Shown here: positions 1 through 14,600 of the stretch, one piece after another
Position numbering within the stretch: position 1 is the stretch's first letter
Layout: each line of letters opens with the position of its first letter
Assembly: GCA_050084985.1 (NCBI GenBank)
Contig: JBITNC010000002.1
Span: 17,174,001 to 17,238,000 of the forward strand
Source of the DNA: Nageia nagi
Taxonomy: Eukaryota > Plantae > Pinophyta
Length of the DNA stretch: 64,000 nucleotides
Reading direction: 5' to 3'
Position numbers and translations under genes: made by a program
Notes under the pieces: generated by a model
Seen by the model: the letters and a program-made list of their open reading frames with translations, nothing else
Database searches by the model: none
Told to the model about the DNA's origin: nothing

Positions 1-1920
1 AATATAATAGTTAATAAGAAGACATGAATTTTTAATGATTAGTTAGTTATTAGAGCTAACAAAAATTGATGTGTTATCCTTTGAAGGTGATGATATTTAT
101 AGCTCACATGAGTAATTATGTTTGATTAGTGTGGTGCAATAAGGTTCTAATTGTTACTAAGTGGTCCAAATAGGAAGGCATAAGCACATTTGATTGTTAT
201 ATATGATGCATGATGGTGTTGTGCATGTTTTTTTTTTAATCTTGATGCATTTTCATGTGTCATGCGTTTGTACTTTGGTTGATTTTTATGGTGATGAAAA
301 ATGCCACTCCTAGTACTTAAGATAGAATAGAAAAATATTTTGATTAATTGGTAAGAATGAATATTATTAAGATTAATGTAACATCTAATGTCTTAATTTA
401 TGAAGTATTCACAAAGAATTTCTCATTTTTAAGGAACCCATTTCAAATTTTACTTTTGGTTTTCTAATTTTGATAAGGTAGAGGACCTAAATACAACCTT
501 CACATTTGATAAAAAAAAAATGAATACTTTAATTATAATTTCACTATTTTATTAAAAATAATCATGTTTGATTACACTCACATAAATAAGAGATTAGAAA
601 GAAAAAAAAAGATAACAAGAATATGGCATCAATATCTTTTTCTTGTAAGATAATTAACCATTGTTAGCCTAAGATTTGCTTTTGAGACTGTCAAAATTTA
701 ATTTATCAAATCTACTTCAACAAAGATCTAGTTACCATTTTTTGTTTATTTATTTTGATCCTAATACTAGAAATTGGATTAATTTGAAATCCTAACTCTA
801 TATATCCATTATAACCATTTTTGAGTTTATAATTGAATAAAAGACACATGTTTATTTGAAATCATCGATTACCAAACATTTTCTTCTCTTTAAAACATCT
901 AAATTCATACTTTATAACTAAATCATTATCAAAATCTACTATTATCAAAATCACATATCATACTTTATCTTTTCTTAAACCAATCAAAATATATAAAACT
1001 TTGCCCTTACTCTTTCATAATAAATTGTTTTCAATTAACTTTCACAAAAGAATATTTATAACACAATAAATACTAATTAATCTAAATTTATTATTTATAT
1101 ATATATATATATTTTTATTTCAATTAACAACTTTATGTTTAACTTCATCCTTAAATGTCTCTAAAATCTAAACACTACTTTATATCATTAATTTTTTTCC
1201 AGAAAAGTAACATGCATTTCTAGTATGATCACTATTATATAAAAAGCAGTAGTTATAATATATAATAGTAGAGTCTAGAAAAAAAAGCAACTACAATATA
1301 AAAGTAGTTAAAAATAGACTATTTAACATTACAAAATTAATTACTATGGTGAATGCTAGTTGCTAGTCACTCTAATCATTCTGGTCAAATAATGGAATCT
1401 TGGATATGAAGACCACAGTGAATGTCAATGCATCCCAGTTCCGAACAAATTCTGCTGACATGCTACATCTGAAACCAAACAAGCCCATGAAGCATTAGAC
1501 TACTGGAAGTTGTTCTGGGCAGGCCACAATTAGTCTGTAGCACATCATATATTTAATAGCAGTGCATGGAAATCATATGGGATATATACAAGGCTTGAAA
1601 AGCATAACTCAAGTCAAAGGCCTAAATCAGCCCATGCCTCTGTTCACACTTCAACTGGTTGGACTATAGATAGCGATCCACCCAGTTTTGTTTTCTGAAC
1701 TGTGCCCAATACCATCTTTGAATCTCAGCTTAAGGTCTGGTTACTGTCTATAATCCGCCACACAATCTGTATTGGTTGTCGGCTTCATACTATTTGGAGT
1801 TCGTTCATGCAAAAGGTAAGAAATAACGTAATTGATTTGATGTTGAAGATACTTCTTTGCTGTATAGTCTTGCGAGTGTGCTTGAGGTTTTCCAGTCTTA
1901 TTTTCTCTCAAACGCTCATA

Positions 1921-2138
1921 CATTTCAAGATATTTTTGGGACTATTTTCTCCAAGGTGGTCTTATTGTAATAAAAATTTAGAATTTCTCGCTGATACATT
2001 TAAAGAATTTTTTGGAATTATTTTCTCCAACGTTGTCTCATTGTAATAATAGATAATCCGCCAAAATTTAGAATTTTTCGCCGATACATTTTAGGAATTT
2101 TTTGGAACTATTTTCTCCAAGGTGGTCTTATCATAATA
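1921..2138. repeat. Imperfect tandem repeat, about 2.5 copies of a 75-90 bp unit
   Basis: Core TATTTTCTCCAA(G/C)GT(G/T)GTCT recurs three times; AAAATTTAGAATTT..CGC.GATACATTT recurs twice. Confidence 0.8.
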
Positions 2139-5100
2139 TTAAATAATTTCTAGGGTGATTCCATGAAAAAAAAAAATATATATATATATAAAATCTACAA
2201 TTTTTAGCTACCCAAGAATAATTTTTCAACTCACATAAGCCCAACGGTTTATAGGATAACTCTATTCTCTATTTAACTCAAACTTAGCTGATTGAAACCT
2301 AATGAAACCACTAGCTCAGTTGAAATAAGCGCGAATTTTTTTGTCCGATTTGGTTTGAATTCTCTATTTTAACTGAACTGGAACGACTAGCTGAAAATGT
2401 GCTAGGATACCATGGGGTAAGTCCTACAAGGTTCTCCAGACCTATAGGCTGCCTCTTTTAAACTAGCAGCTTTTCCGGGTCGCTGATTTTATGAGAATTT
2501 GCATACCTGTTTCTGGTATGTATTGATTTTTGGATTTGCTTTCTTATGTTGGGTTGGATGTGAGCAATTTGTTAGAGTCAAACAGCATTTGGCAAGCTGT
2601 TCTTTTTATCATTATTTTCATTTCACACCCTTTATGTTTTTTTTTCTTTAAATTCTGTTCGTTAGCAGAGTAATTGAATTGACATAGTCCTGCTCTCTGA
2701 GTTATTCACGGGAGGCGGTTGGCCGAGTTGGCCTTATCCTGTCTGTAGTGAGTGGTAAGGTGGAGCACGTACTGTCACAGTCGATGGTCTAAATGCAGAT
2801 CTTGTGAGCATGTACTCTATGATAATGTGGGGGCAAAGGCAATATATAAAATACGGTGGTGATATGAAAAAACAGGGTATCTTACCTTATACATGGCAAT
2901 TCGTTACAGGTTGTCTCATGGTTTCTCTCCTAGCAATTAACTTCTTAGATTTTGATTCTTTAGCAAGCTCTTTTGTACCTGGGTTAACTTTTCGTGAAAA
3001 TGTGATTGATTTCTTGGTAGCTTGTATTGATTGGATCAACTTGAGGGATTTGAGCATCCACACAAACAGTATTGAAATTGCAGGATGTGAAAGATTGTTT
3101 TGGGCTTTCAGTTTGGGACACTATTGCAATTTCCAGAAGCAAGTTCTGTTGCTACAGTGGAAAAGCTCACCTAAGCACCACATGATTAATTTCATAAACA
3201 GCAAAGAGAATGCTTGGTCAAATCTCATATGTCCCACTCAAGAAAAGCAACAGTATTCAATTTCTAAATCAAACATAGTCTTGTATAGAATTTCTTGGAA
3301 GTCTCTGTTTGCACAATTGCTAATATCTATTCAGCAGAGCCTCATATGAGTCCTAAAACAGGAAAATGACAAACTTTGGTTACAAAACGAGTATTTAGGG
3401 CTGCATGCAATAGTGAGAATAACTGTTTCGCAGGTTATTATTTAAAATCCTAGAATAATTTCCCTTCTTTATATTTAAAGTTGACCAAATATGGATCGCA
3501 TGACACCTGAGTATAAAATACTTTGTAGATACCTTAAAGATTGTTTAATTCACATTTAGTGCAATCTGATCTTGAGTCATTGCAATTGGACATATCAATT
3601 TTGATGTAGTAGATGCATCAAACTTTAGATAAGTAGTTTACAGCGGTTTCTCTTCTTGAATTTTCATGTATAGAAGCTGGATGGGCAAGGTGAGCCTCAC
3701 CGGTTGCCTTGCAACAATTGTTGAAAGGAAGTAAACCTGAAACAGAGATGTGACACATGGCTTCTTGAAACACATTTCTTCACAGGATGGTGGATAATAG
3801 TTTACAACCGAAAAAGCTTGAGGGTTGGATCTTTATGATTCAATGATCTCTCACTGTTGCTCAAATTGAAATGCAGAAGAGATGCAAAATACCATGGACT
3901 AGGCATTGGAAGGAAGGAAAGGTTTACCAAATTTTCAGTAAAATGTCATATGAGGAGAGATATGATTTCATCTCTTATGCATGAACCTCTATTTTATGGG
4001 AAATGGAAAGGGATATGAAGGTGACATGGACCAGGAAATGAAGATTATCATTTATATGACAAAGGCTCTTAGATCCCTCGCTCAAAAAACGTATACCACA
4101 GATGGGAAATAATAAATGTCTGAATGTGCATTCAATTTTTAGTACTTTCATCTGGTTATTTTGGGGAAGCAAATTCACTGTAGCAAATAAATCTTGGGAA
4201 TAACTTTATAGGCACGATTTGTGTAATAGGTGGTTTCCAAATATACAAATAAAAAAGGTGTTTATTTCCGTTAAAATTTAAGTAACATGTTACTCCACTT
4301 GTTATTCTGAAATACAGCTTTTTTCTAGCACGTGATGCTACTTCCACAAGTTCTCATAGAAAATGTGAACACAGTTCGCAAAAAAGTGTGGGTCTAGTAA
4401 GATAAGCTTTGTGTAAGGGATTGAACCTACTTCTTCTGACATACACATTTCTGAGATTGATTTCTTTAGATTGTTGTGCTACAAAGGCAACTGAGACTAT
4501 CTCTATTCTTGCAAGAAACAAATATTTTACCCTTCAAGAAATGGTCATGGCCACTACCCATGCAGTTGAAATTGAAGGAAGAAGGACAACGCTATGGCAA
4601 TGAATAGCCAGTTTGTAGTTTACAAGGTCAAACTGCAATAGGGTTTTATCTGTGATTCTATATCACTTGAAAAATAGCAGAGCATATGTTCATGATTGAT
4701 ATCATCATACCCGTACTGCTCAGAAGTTAGCAAAGTGTGTATTTATCTTTTTCCCTAAGTAATATATTGCTATTTGAATTATTAATTCTAACAGCAGAAG
4801 AAATAGTAGACAAGGTGGTGAATTGAAAACTTATTTTAGCTCGATTCAAAGGGCTATTTATTTAAAAGGTTTTATCCTAGTTGGAGCTATTTGTACAGAG
4901 GACATGCTGAAATGCATGTTAGATAGGCTGCAAGATGACAAACTGTTTGCAACTTACTCTACTGTTAGGTCAAGAATTGGGATTGGATGAGTAGATAAGA
5001 AGTTATGGATCACAAATTTTATGAATATTGATTTGTTATCCTCCATTTGGTAATGGGCTGTCATTTCTCTACTCTCTCTTTCTCCTTAGTATCTTGTTCA

Positions 5101-5613
5101 TCATACTCTTATCCTTAATTCTTTCCATGATGAGATGGTTTTCATCTCTAAAGGAGCATTTCTGCTTTAGTTTTCTTCATTCCTTCAGTACTTTTGTCAG
5201 AGAAGTTGTTCTTTTCTTCTTTGAATATTATGGAGACCATCTACCTTAATTTCATTGCTTTGAGATTCCACTCACTTTTTATAGGTTTTAGAAATTACTT
5301 TTCAGATAGAAAAATTACTCGTATGCATCCCAACTTTTGCATCTACATGTTTCAAGCAATGGTTACATAAACAGATATTTGTTTTATTGATTTTGAAATT
5401 TTTTATGAATCCCATATATATTGCATCATAATTTGTTATATGCATAATTTCAAGAATGTTAAATAGTAATATTGATAAATAGTTATTGAGTTTTATATAT
5501 TAAAGGAAGGGTTAGTTTTGAAATACAAATAGAACCATGGCTTGAAAAATCTTTCATCTTATTGCAATTATATGGTGAGAAGGCCAAAATATAATTGTTA
5601 CGAAAGACAAGGC

Positions 5614-5673
5614 ATGACGATAAAGGCTGATGGTGGACAAGCTGAATTCCAAAGCTCTCTTCCTCCAAGGGAT
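5614..5673 (+). CDS. ENT3: ENT exon 1 (MTIKADGGQAEFQSSLPPRD)
   Basis: ATG at 5614, GTAAGT donor at 5674, phase 0 into exon 2. Confidence 0.75.
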
Positions 5674-8600
5674 GTAAGTGTTCTGATTTCTCCAGTTCTC
5701 TTACATTTGAGTAAAATAAGGACCACATATTTATTTTGTTTTCATTGTCCGTATGTCTCTTTCTTTTATTTAAGTGAAACTGGTTTTTTCAAAAATTGTA
5801 CAATACATAACAGGGAAGAAATGCTGCATATGCAATTTGTTGGCTTCTTGGGGTTGGATGCCTTTTCTCCTGGAATAGCATGCTAACAATTGAAGATTAC
5901 TATCAATATTTATTTCCAGTAAGTATAACAATTTTCATTTTTGTATCATTTCATGCTTTCAATTGTTCATATTTTATTTATTTTTGCTCCTTAGTTGATA
6001 TTAAGTTGCAATGGCCTAATTTTATGCATCTTTGTCACTAAGAAATATAGTTCTTATGGAAGGATACCATTATCATTAAGATGGTGTGCAAAACATTTTT
6101 TTTAAGAGAGTATTATGAATTTGCTTTTATTGATATGAAAATAGGATTATGTTGAATAGCTTAGAGTGTGAACATGTTATGGTCTTAAGAAGGCCTTCAA
6201 TGTTAGAAGAAGCCACAAGTCGCACATTTAAGATAGTGGAAGATACATTTACACAACAAGAATTCAAAGGAATAAAAATTAGATCAAAAGAAAGTTGATG
6301 TTTGACATCATTGTAAAAAATTACTACTGCATCATCTTTTTTTTGGTGGCAAGCCAAAAAAAAAAGTCTACTAGTAAATTAAATATGTTTTTTATATAGT
6401 TATCGAGAATGTGTTATAACAAATTTGAAATAATTTTGACATCTTGCCACTGCTTATTTTATACAGTCTCAGGATGTTCTTCCTGAATGTTACTTGGTAT
6501 CCTAAAACGTTGGGCATTGGTTTCTTACATATTTCAATATGTTGGATATGCTTTCTCCTTTGAATGAGTGTGCTACTAAAACCGTAGCACTTGGTTCATC
6601 AGTCTTCTACGGTCATCTCATTTTTTATTTGGTTTAGGGAGAGCTGCTCACCCAAAACCATCCAACGTTGATTGTTTTCCTTCTACAACCTCCTTGGTTG
6701 TTTCTTTCTCTCAATCTCTCCTTCACTCAGGCATCCAACATGTCTTTGTCCTATACTTGTTTTTTTTGATACACTTTGCATTATCCGAAAATCACCTTTG
6801 GAAATTTATGTTTGTTTCATAATGGTTTGATTGACTCACCATGTTTATATTATGTTGCCCTTTCTCTATTTAGTGATTTTTGTTTGTTTTCACCCTTGTC
6901 TACTTTTCATTGTCCAATCAATTGTTCTTTTGTGTTTACTCCTCATATTTTGCCTATTGTTCAACAACTCCTTCATAGTTTTCAATATCCTCCCTTTCCT
7001 TGCCTTTGGTTTCCTCCTGGTTATGATCTCCCTTTCTATGGTAATGTCACCATGTTCTTTTCTTGTTAATGAAGTTCCTCCTTATCTGCTTGAGCTATGT
7101 TGTGGTTTTCTGAATTATTGGATGTGATCACCCCTTTTTCCAACTTGGGCTGTCCATTGGTCTCATCCGTATTTTGGTGTTGTTTTGGTCGCCATTCTTT
7201 TTGAGCAGGGCATGTTACAATATTATGTCCTACCTGAATGCATGTTGAGCACAAATAGTTGTTATTTTCATACCGTTTTTCTTAAATCCATTTGCCTAAA
7301 TCTAACTCAAGCGTTGTTGTTTTTTGTAGCCTCACCTTGAATTCTACCATGACACAAAACCTTGTTGCTATGAGTCTTGTTCGAACCTTCGTAACCTCAT
7401 CATCTGTAATGAATTTGCCAAAGGACCCTGCGATTCCTTTGAATACTTTTTGATGCCATAAACCAAAGGGAAGGTGTAGGAGGGTAACCCAGGTTTGAGC
7501 ATTCATTATCTTAGCCTCGGTTGGATTGAAACTCGGTTGCTATTTCTTTAAGAATAAGCCTCTCTTTCCGAAAAAACTAGGGTATGCTCAAGACATAATT
7601 TCAATCTTTTGCATTATCAAGAATGAACATAATATAGTCATTGGGCATTGTGATAACTTCCACATTACCTTTGATCTTCCATTTGAGCTTTGCCCATTTA
7701 CGAATCGAGTCAATATTTTAGTGAGCGCCATGGATCCTACTAACCAAATTGAACCGTCCCCTCTCTGTAGATTGATTATAATAGTGAGCAAGATTTTGAG
7801 ACATCCTTTTCCCTCTCTTCTCCGCATCTAGAGGGGGCCCAATGTCGACTGTAGCCTCTTGTGTGAAGAGGCTACGCCAGGATTTCTTGGGCATCCATAT
7901 TTCAATGCATCATCAGTGACCTTAGATCCATCCACCATATTTGCGTTTGCTTCCTATCAATACTTTGCCATCACAATGTCTTGGTCCTCTTGCGTAGTTT
8001 TTCGCTTAGTTGATCCATGCCCTTAACAAGTAAGTTTTTATGATAATATTAAATAAAAATCAAAACTACTGCATCATCTTTATATTTTTGACCTATTAGC
8101 ATGCATATCTTCTTTTTCTTGACCAACCTAGAACATTTTTTGCATTAACCCAAGTGGTGTAACTCATAGTTGAGAAACTCATATTCGACAAGGCCCACTT
8201 GGGCCTCGAGCTCATGACTCAGCCAAAAAAAAAATTCTATATATATATATAATTTTTCATTGATTTTTTTTATGCATATTGGTATCATAATTAATCAACA
8301 TCATACAATTAAAAAATCAACAATGTAAATAATACAAACTTACAATGCATAAGAATATCATGAATCGGAAAGGGCATATTCTTGTATTGCTTATAACATT
8401 AAAAGGGTACAAATTACAAAATATTCATGGTTCATCGCAAATACAATTTCTCTATAGTTCTTTTACCCCTTGCCCTAGAATAAGCTCTAATCTCCCTTTG
8501 TGCCTATGTGGATGCTCGTGCTTCTTCCTATGCCTTCACAACGAACTCCTCAACTATGTTTTCAAATTCATTTATGGGGAAGAAAGGCTATTGTTGTTGT

Positions 8601-11600
8601 CGCTCCTTTTGCTCTTTTGTGATCCATTCAAATGATGGATCAATCTCATCTATACCAATGGCCTTGTGGTTTGATCCAACAATTTGTTTATGGTGGAGGT
8701 GAAGGTTGTAATGAACAAAAACAAGATCATTTTATCTGTTGTTTGAGTTTATTCTTCTTCTTGGATTGTATGTGCTCAAAAACAATCCAATTGTGCCTAC
8801 AACTTGAAGCGTTGGATGGTTGACATAAAAATTTGATAGTGAAGTGTTGTAGCTTGTAGGTTGGGCGTATAGGCATCAAAGTCCTCCCATCATAAATTAA
8901 GAAAAAACCAAGAAAAAAAATTACTACTTTGCATACAAAATTTTAAATTGAGATTATTTTTTAAAACAAAATCCAAAGACAAAATAAATAATAATTCAAT
9001 GAGAGTTACTTGGCCTCAATGTTGACCTTGCTTGAATTCGCTACAAGGATCTAAGAAGGATGACCTCATATTTCTTATAAGCTTGCAACTCATCTTGTAT
9101 CTTAGTGTGAGTGTCCTCATTGAGCACCTTGCATTCAATGCGTTGTTGAAGGATCACCATTATCTCATAGTTGGGATTGAAGGAATCAACATTAAAATAT
9201 ATAGGATTCAGGTAGTACCCTGTTGCATGAAGAGGTTTATGGAACTGATAAGTCCATTGCTGGTAAATAATTTTCCAAATGGGATTGTATTTGAACTGGA
9301 AATAATTATAAACTAAGGCAATTTCCTCTTTCGCCCTATACATAGCCTTATATACATATCCCGTTGGTGATTTTTCTCTATCAACAAGATGGAGAAACCT
9401 CACCAAAAGCTATGATATTTGAACAGGAAAAAGGAAATGTTCAAAATTTGCAAATGGAAAAATAATTTTAATAAATAAAATAAAAAACTTATCTCTTGAT
9501 GGCCTCATCCATGGCTTTCCAAAAGGCTCCTCAAAAATATAATCATACATCTTTTGCCAATGATTGGAGAATCAATATCTAGCAACATTTTAATATTCCA
9601 CTCCTCACTCACAAACAACATCTTTAGGTCCTGTTTTTGCATTAAAGAGTCTTTGCAATGTCACAAAGTTTGTGGTGAAACATGTCACTCTAGCCCGCTC
9701 TAGCTCCCTCTCATTAGTATACTGCCTCATTAGTTGCAGGACCCATGTATGGTTGGAACTAAATTTTAGGATAGTCTTGGCCTTTTGGGTAACCTTTACC
9801 ATCGAAGGTAATTTTCCAATGTTCTCGAGTGGCAAATTGAGATAATAGGTTGCACATGATGTCCAAAAAATAGTGGGAAATATCTCCTCCAACATCCTGC
9901 TTGCTGCTACATATGTTGTTGCATTGTCTATGATGACCTGGATGACATTATCCTCTTCTACTTTTAAGACAACCTCCCCCAACAATTATGCAAGTTTATT
10001 GACACTCTTTACTTTTGTTGATGCATCCATTGACTCAATTCTTCCTAAAGAAGCAACCAAAAAATTAATTAATATCCTATTCCTTTCGTCAGCCCACCCA
10101 TTAGACATGATAGTGCAACCCCTCTTCCTCTACTCACATTGCTCATCAAGAAAAACCTAAATACCCTACCCTTCACATATTCACAAAGGAGAAGGCCTCT
10201 AAGATTATCATAAGTTGGCGGCTTAAATTCTACACCCCAAATTGTAAGGGCATCTACCATTCTTTGCCAATATGGAAACTTTGCCACAATGAATGAAAGA
10301 TTAAAAAATTACTAAAAACTAGTAATGGCCTTTCTCATTGCTACGCGCATCTCCTCATTCCATGCTATCATACCCTTTAGTGTGGGTTGTGACCCTAGAG
10401 TGGAATTGAAGTAAAGGACTCAAAAAACAAAGAGCACCAAAATGGAACCAAATGCACCCAGAAATTGATGAAATTTTAAGAGCAACTTTTGTTTGAAATA
10501 GAGTTGTAAAATAAAATTTATAAGCTTTACATGACTACTTAAAAGTTTGTGATAATTTTAGATGGGAAACACATTTTTCCACAAAAACAAATGGGATAGA
10601 ATGTTGTTTTATATTCCAATTGATATCAAAACTATTATAATACTTTCTCCATTCTGTTGTATAGCTATGGTACACAATTGTACTTTTGTAAGAGAGAAAT
10701 AGATGGTAGAACCCTTCATTTCACATTCTTGGAAGTCTAACAATCATGGTGACTTTTCAATGCCTGTAATTTCTCTTTGACTTCAAATTCTTGGAAGAAC
10801 TTTTGATTTCTTTTCTTTCAAATTCTTGGGAGAAATTTTGATTTTCTTTTCTTGGTTAACATCAATATCTAACATACACCCCCTTGATGTTGAGTGGTGA
10901 AATAAGCTTATTTCTCAATCTCAAATATTATTCTTTGTTGACTCCTTTGGTAAATTGGTCTACAAGATATTGTTTAGTGCTACAATATTCTAAATCAATA
11001 ACCTTGTTTTCCAACATGTCTCTCATGAAATGAAATTTCAAATCAGTATGTTTAGACTTTAGACCTACTATAATGGATTGAATTTTTTGCAATCTTAATT
11101 ACATTGGTGTTGTCACAAAAAGTTGTAGTTGCATGATTTTGAGCTTCTCCAATCTCCTCAAATACCTTCTTCAACCAAAGTGATTGTGTTTTTTCTATAG
11201 TAGGTGCAACATATTCTGCCTCTAATTTTGTTGAAGATAAAGCAACAATACTTAACTTCTTTGGGCTCTGTGTTAACTCCTAAACCAAGTGAAAAATAGT
11301 TTCTAGAAGTTGATTTTTTACCATCCAAACAACCACCCCAATTTGAATCATTGTATACAACAAGCTTCATTTTGTTGTTAGCATCATAATGTATGCCAAA
11401 ATTCAAGGTTCCTTTGACATACCTCAAGATTCCCTTGGCTTCTCTCATGTCGTTTTGTGAAGGTTCATTCATGTACCTTAATACAATTGAAACTACAAAT
11501 GCAATATCAAGTCTTGTTGTAGTAAGGAACATTAAGCTCCCTACAATGGTTCTAAATAGTTTTTTATCAGCTTTTTGTTCTCCATCATCTCTACATAACA

Positions 11601-14600
11601 CTTCTCCATATGCCATAGGTGTCCAAATTGGTTTGCAATTTTCCATGTCATATTTTTCCAACATATGTTTTGCATATTTTGATTGACAAATGAAAATTTT
11701 GTCATCATCTTCATGTACTTCCACACCAAGAAATTATTGCATTAATCCTAAATCTTTCATATCAAATTCATTCATCATGGTATGCTTAAAATCATGTGGA
11801 TCAAATCATCAACAAATAAACAAAAAAAGAAGAATATAATCACCTTCATTTTTGAAATAGGGTGTGGACTCATTCTTGCTTTTCTTGAAACCTCAATATT
11901 GGAAATATTCATCAATTTTTGAGTATTATGCTCTAGGTGCTTAGTTCAATCTATATAATGCTTTTTTCAGTTTATAAACATAGTTTTCTTTCCTTTTACT
12001 TCAAAACCTTAAGTTTGTTGAATGTAAACTTCATCATCTAAATAACCATTCAAGAATGGACTTTTCACATCCATGTGATGAACTTTCCACTGTTTGTTGA
12101 TTGCCAATGAAAGAACCGTCCGAATTGTCTCTTGTCTTGCAATTGGTGCAAATTTTTCTTTATAATCTACACCATATGTTTGAGTGAATTCTTTTGCAAC
12201 TAGACTTGCTTTGTATCTTTCTATGTTTCCATCACTATTGAACTTTGTTTTGTAAACCCACTTGGATCCAACAATCTTATCATCCTTGGGCAATTCCATG
12301 AGTTCCCAAGCATCATTTTTTTCAATGGAATCAATCTCTTATTTCATTGCTTGCACACACACATAATTAGTATAAACATCTTCAACACATGATGGTTCCA
12401 AATCAGTTTGAGAAAACAAAGCGTATTCATCAACTCACCTTTTGGTTCTTCATAATCAACACCATATTTTTGAGTGAATTCTTTTGAAACCGGACTTGCT
12501 TTGTATCTTTATATGTTTCCATCGCTATTGAACTTTGTTTTGTAAACCCCCGTGGATCCAACAATCTTATCATCCTTGGGAAATTCTACAAGTTCCCAAG
12601 TATCATTGTTTTCAATGGCCTCAATCTCTTATTTCATTACTTGTACACACACATAATTAGTACAAACATCTTTAAAACATGATGGTTCCAATTCAGCTTG
12701 AGAAGACAAACCATAATTCATCAACTCACCTTTTGGTTCTTCTTCATCTTCACCATAAATTTGGAGCTTTTCCAAATTTGAAACAACTTGGTGTAACTCT
12801 TTGTAATTTTCTCGTTAATCTCCTTTCAAAGTTCTTGTCCATCATTTTGATGGGTGGCTGTAATTTGACTAACCTCTTTCCTTTGTTTGCCTTTATGGTG
12901 GGACTTGTAGATGAGTTACTTGTGCTTGGAACTTGGTGTAATCTCATTTGAACTTGTTGATGGGTTTCTAGGTTGATCAAAAATGAAATTTCAAGATCAT
13001 TAAAATGCTTGGAAATGAAGTTTTTCAAAATTGTGATTTGATTACTCCATGTTAAAGTTCTCTTCTCTAGCTTTCTGATGCTTATTTCTATTTGTCAAAA
13101 GAAGTCCCAGTTTGCAAGAAATGACAATTTGAGGATTTAGCAATGTTCCACAGGGACGCATTCCCTCTCTTGGAGGAGCCGTTCTTGGCATTCCTATGTT
13201 CTGGGAACTTGGGAATGCCTACGGTTAGGAAACATTCTTGGAACGTCCCCCAAGGTTGGGGGAATGTCCCCAGACCATCCCTCAAATTGGGAACGTCCAA
13301 GGAACGACCAAGGAACTTTTGACGTTCCCCCATTGTTCCTAGGGACGTCCAGTGTTTCCCCTGTGGTTGGGCGCACATAGCAGGGAAAAAAACAAAAAAA
13401 AGCAATATTTAACTTAAAAAAAACACTTAAAATGCCTTGTGATGGGATCCACCCATGTTTGCACCCCCTCTAACCCTAAAAAGGTCTTACAAACTCCATT
13501 TAAAAGTGATTGTGTGCAACTAGGGGAGAAAAAGAACAACAATTAGTAGAATAATGAATTGGAAACAATAAAATGATCATTCAGATTTTGTAATCACTTT
13601 GTATACATGATTAAATTAGATAATATGATCATTCATCATAACAATAATGAATTGGAAACGATAAAATCTTAAAAATTTGAGGAAGAATAAATATAAAGGT
13701 GGCGAAATCTGACAAGTAGAACTCTGGATGGGTTTTTTTCGGGGTGCATCGATGTTTATCATTATGTGCTGATGATCTCTTATCGTATTGGTAATCGTTG
13801 ATTGAATAGTTGCTTAAAATTTATTTGCAAGCACTTAGAATTCTAACTGTGATAAATTTGTGAGATAAGGAATGCCATAGGCAACCTATCTTTATGGATC
13901 ATAGCTGAGCTTGAAGGAGTAGAGGGAACATCAATTATTTTGGTTGCTGATTTCTGATGACTACACATTCCCCCTTCATCGAAAATTATATCTCTAGAGA
14001 CTACAAACTTTTGAGTTATTGCATTATACAATTTATATGCCTTGTTTTAGAATATGCCTCAAGAATGCATGGCTCACTTTTGGGGTCGAACTTCTTTCTC
14101 ACTTCATCATTCACATGTGCATATTCAAGACAACCAAAAACTCTTATGTGAATTACAATGGGTTTTGTGTCATAACATGCTTCACACGGACTCTTCTTGT
14201 GTAGTGCTCTTGTGGAGCATCTATTGAGGATATACACTACTACATCAACTGCATAGGATTGATAAGAATTGCTTAAATATTTTGTCTTCAACATGTTTCT
14301 TGTCAATTTTATAATGTTTCTTTTCTTTTTCCATTTCAACTACTCCATTTTGTTGTGGTGTATGGGTAAATACTATGTTGCCTCTTGATGCCATGTTGTG
14401 TGCAAAACGCATTAAATTCATTTGACTAGAATTCTTCTCCATGGTTAGTACTCAAACACTTTATTTTATAACCATTTTAATTCTCAACAAATTATTTGAA
14501 ATTCTTGAACATGCCAAAAGCTTCATCCTTATATTTCAAAAAATACATCCAACACTTCTTTGAAAATTGATCAATGAATGTGAGAAAATTTGAATACGTA

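Noticed and set aside
1380-1760. GC-richer island that might be an exon or gene fragment
   Set aside because: No open frame with recognisable similarity and no convincing splice-site pair
2804-3349. 181-aa ORF upstream of ENT
   Set aside because: No recognisable domain, non-ATG start in the track, intron-like composition
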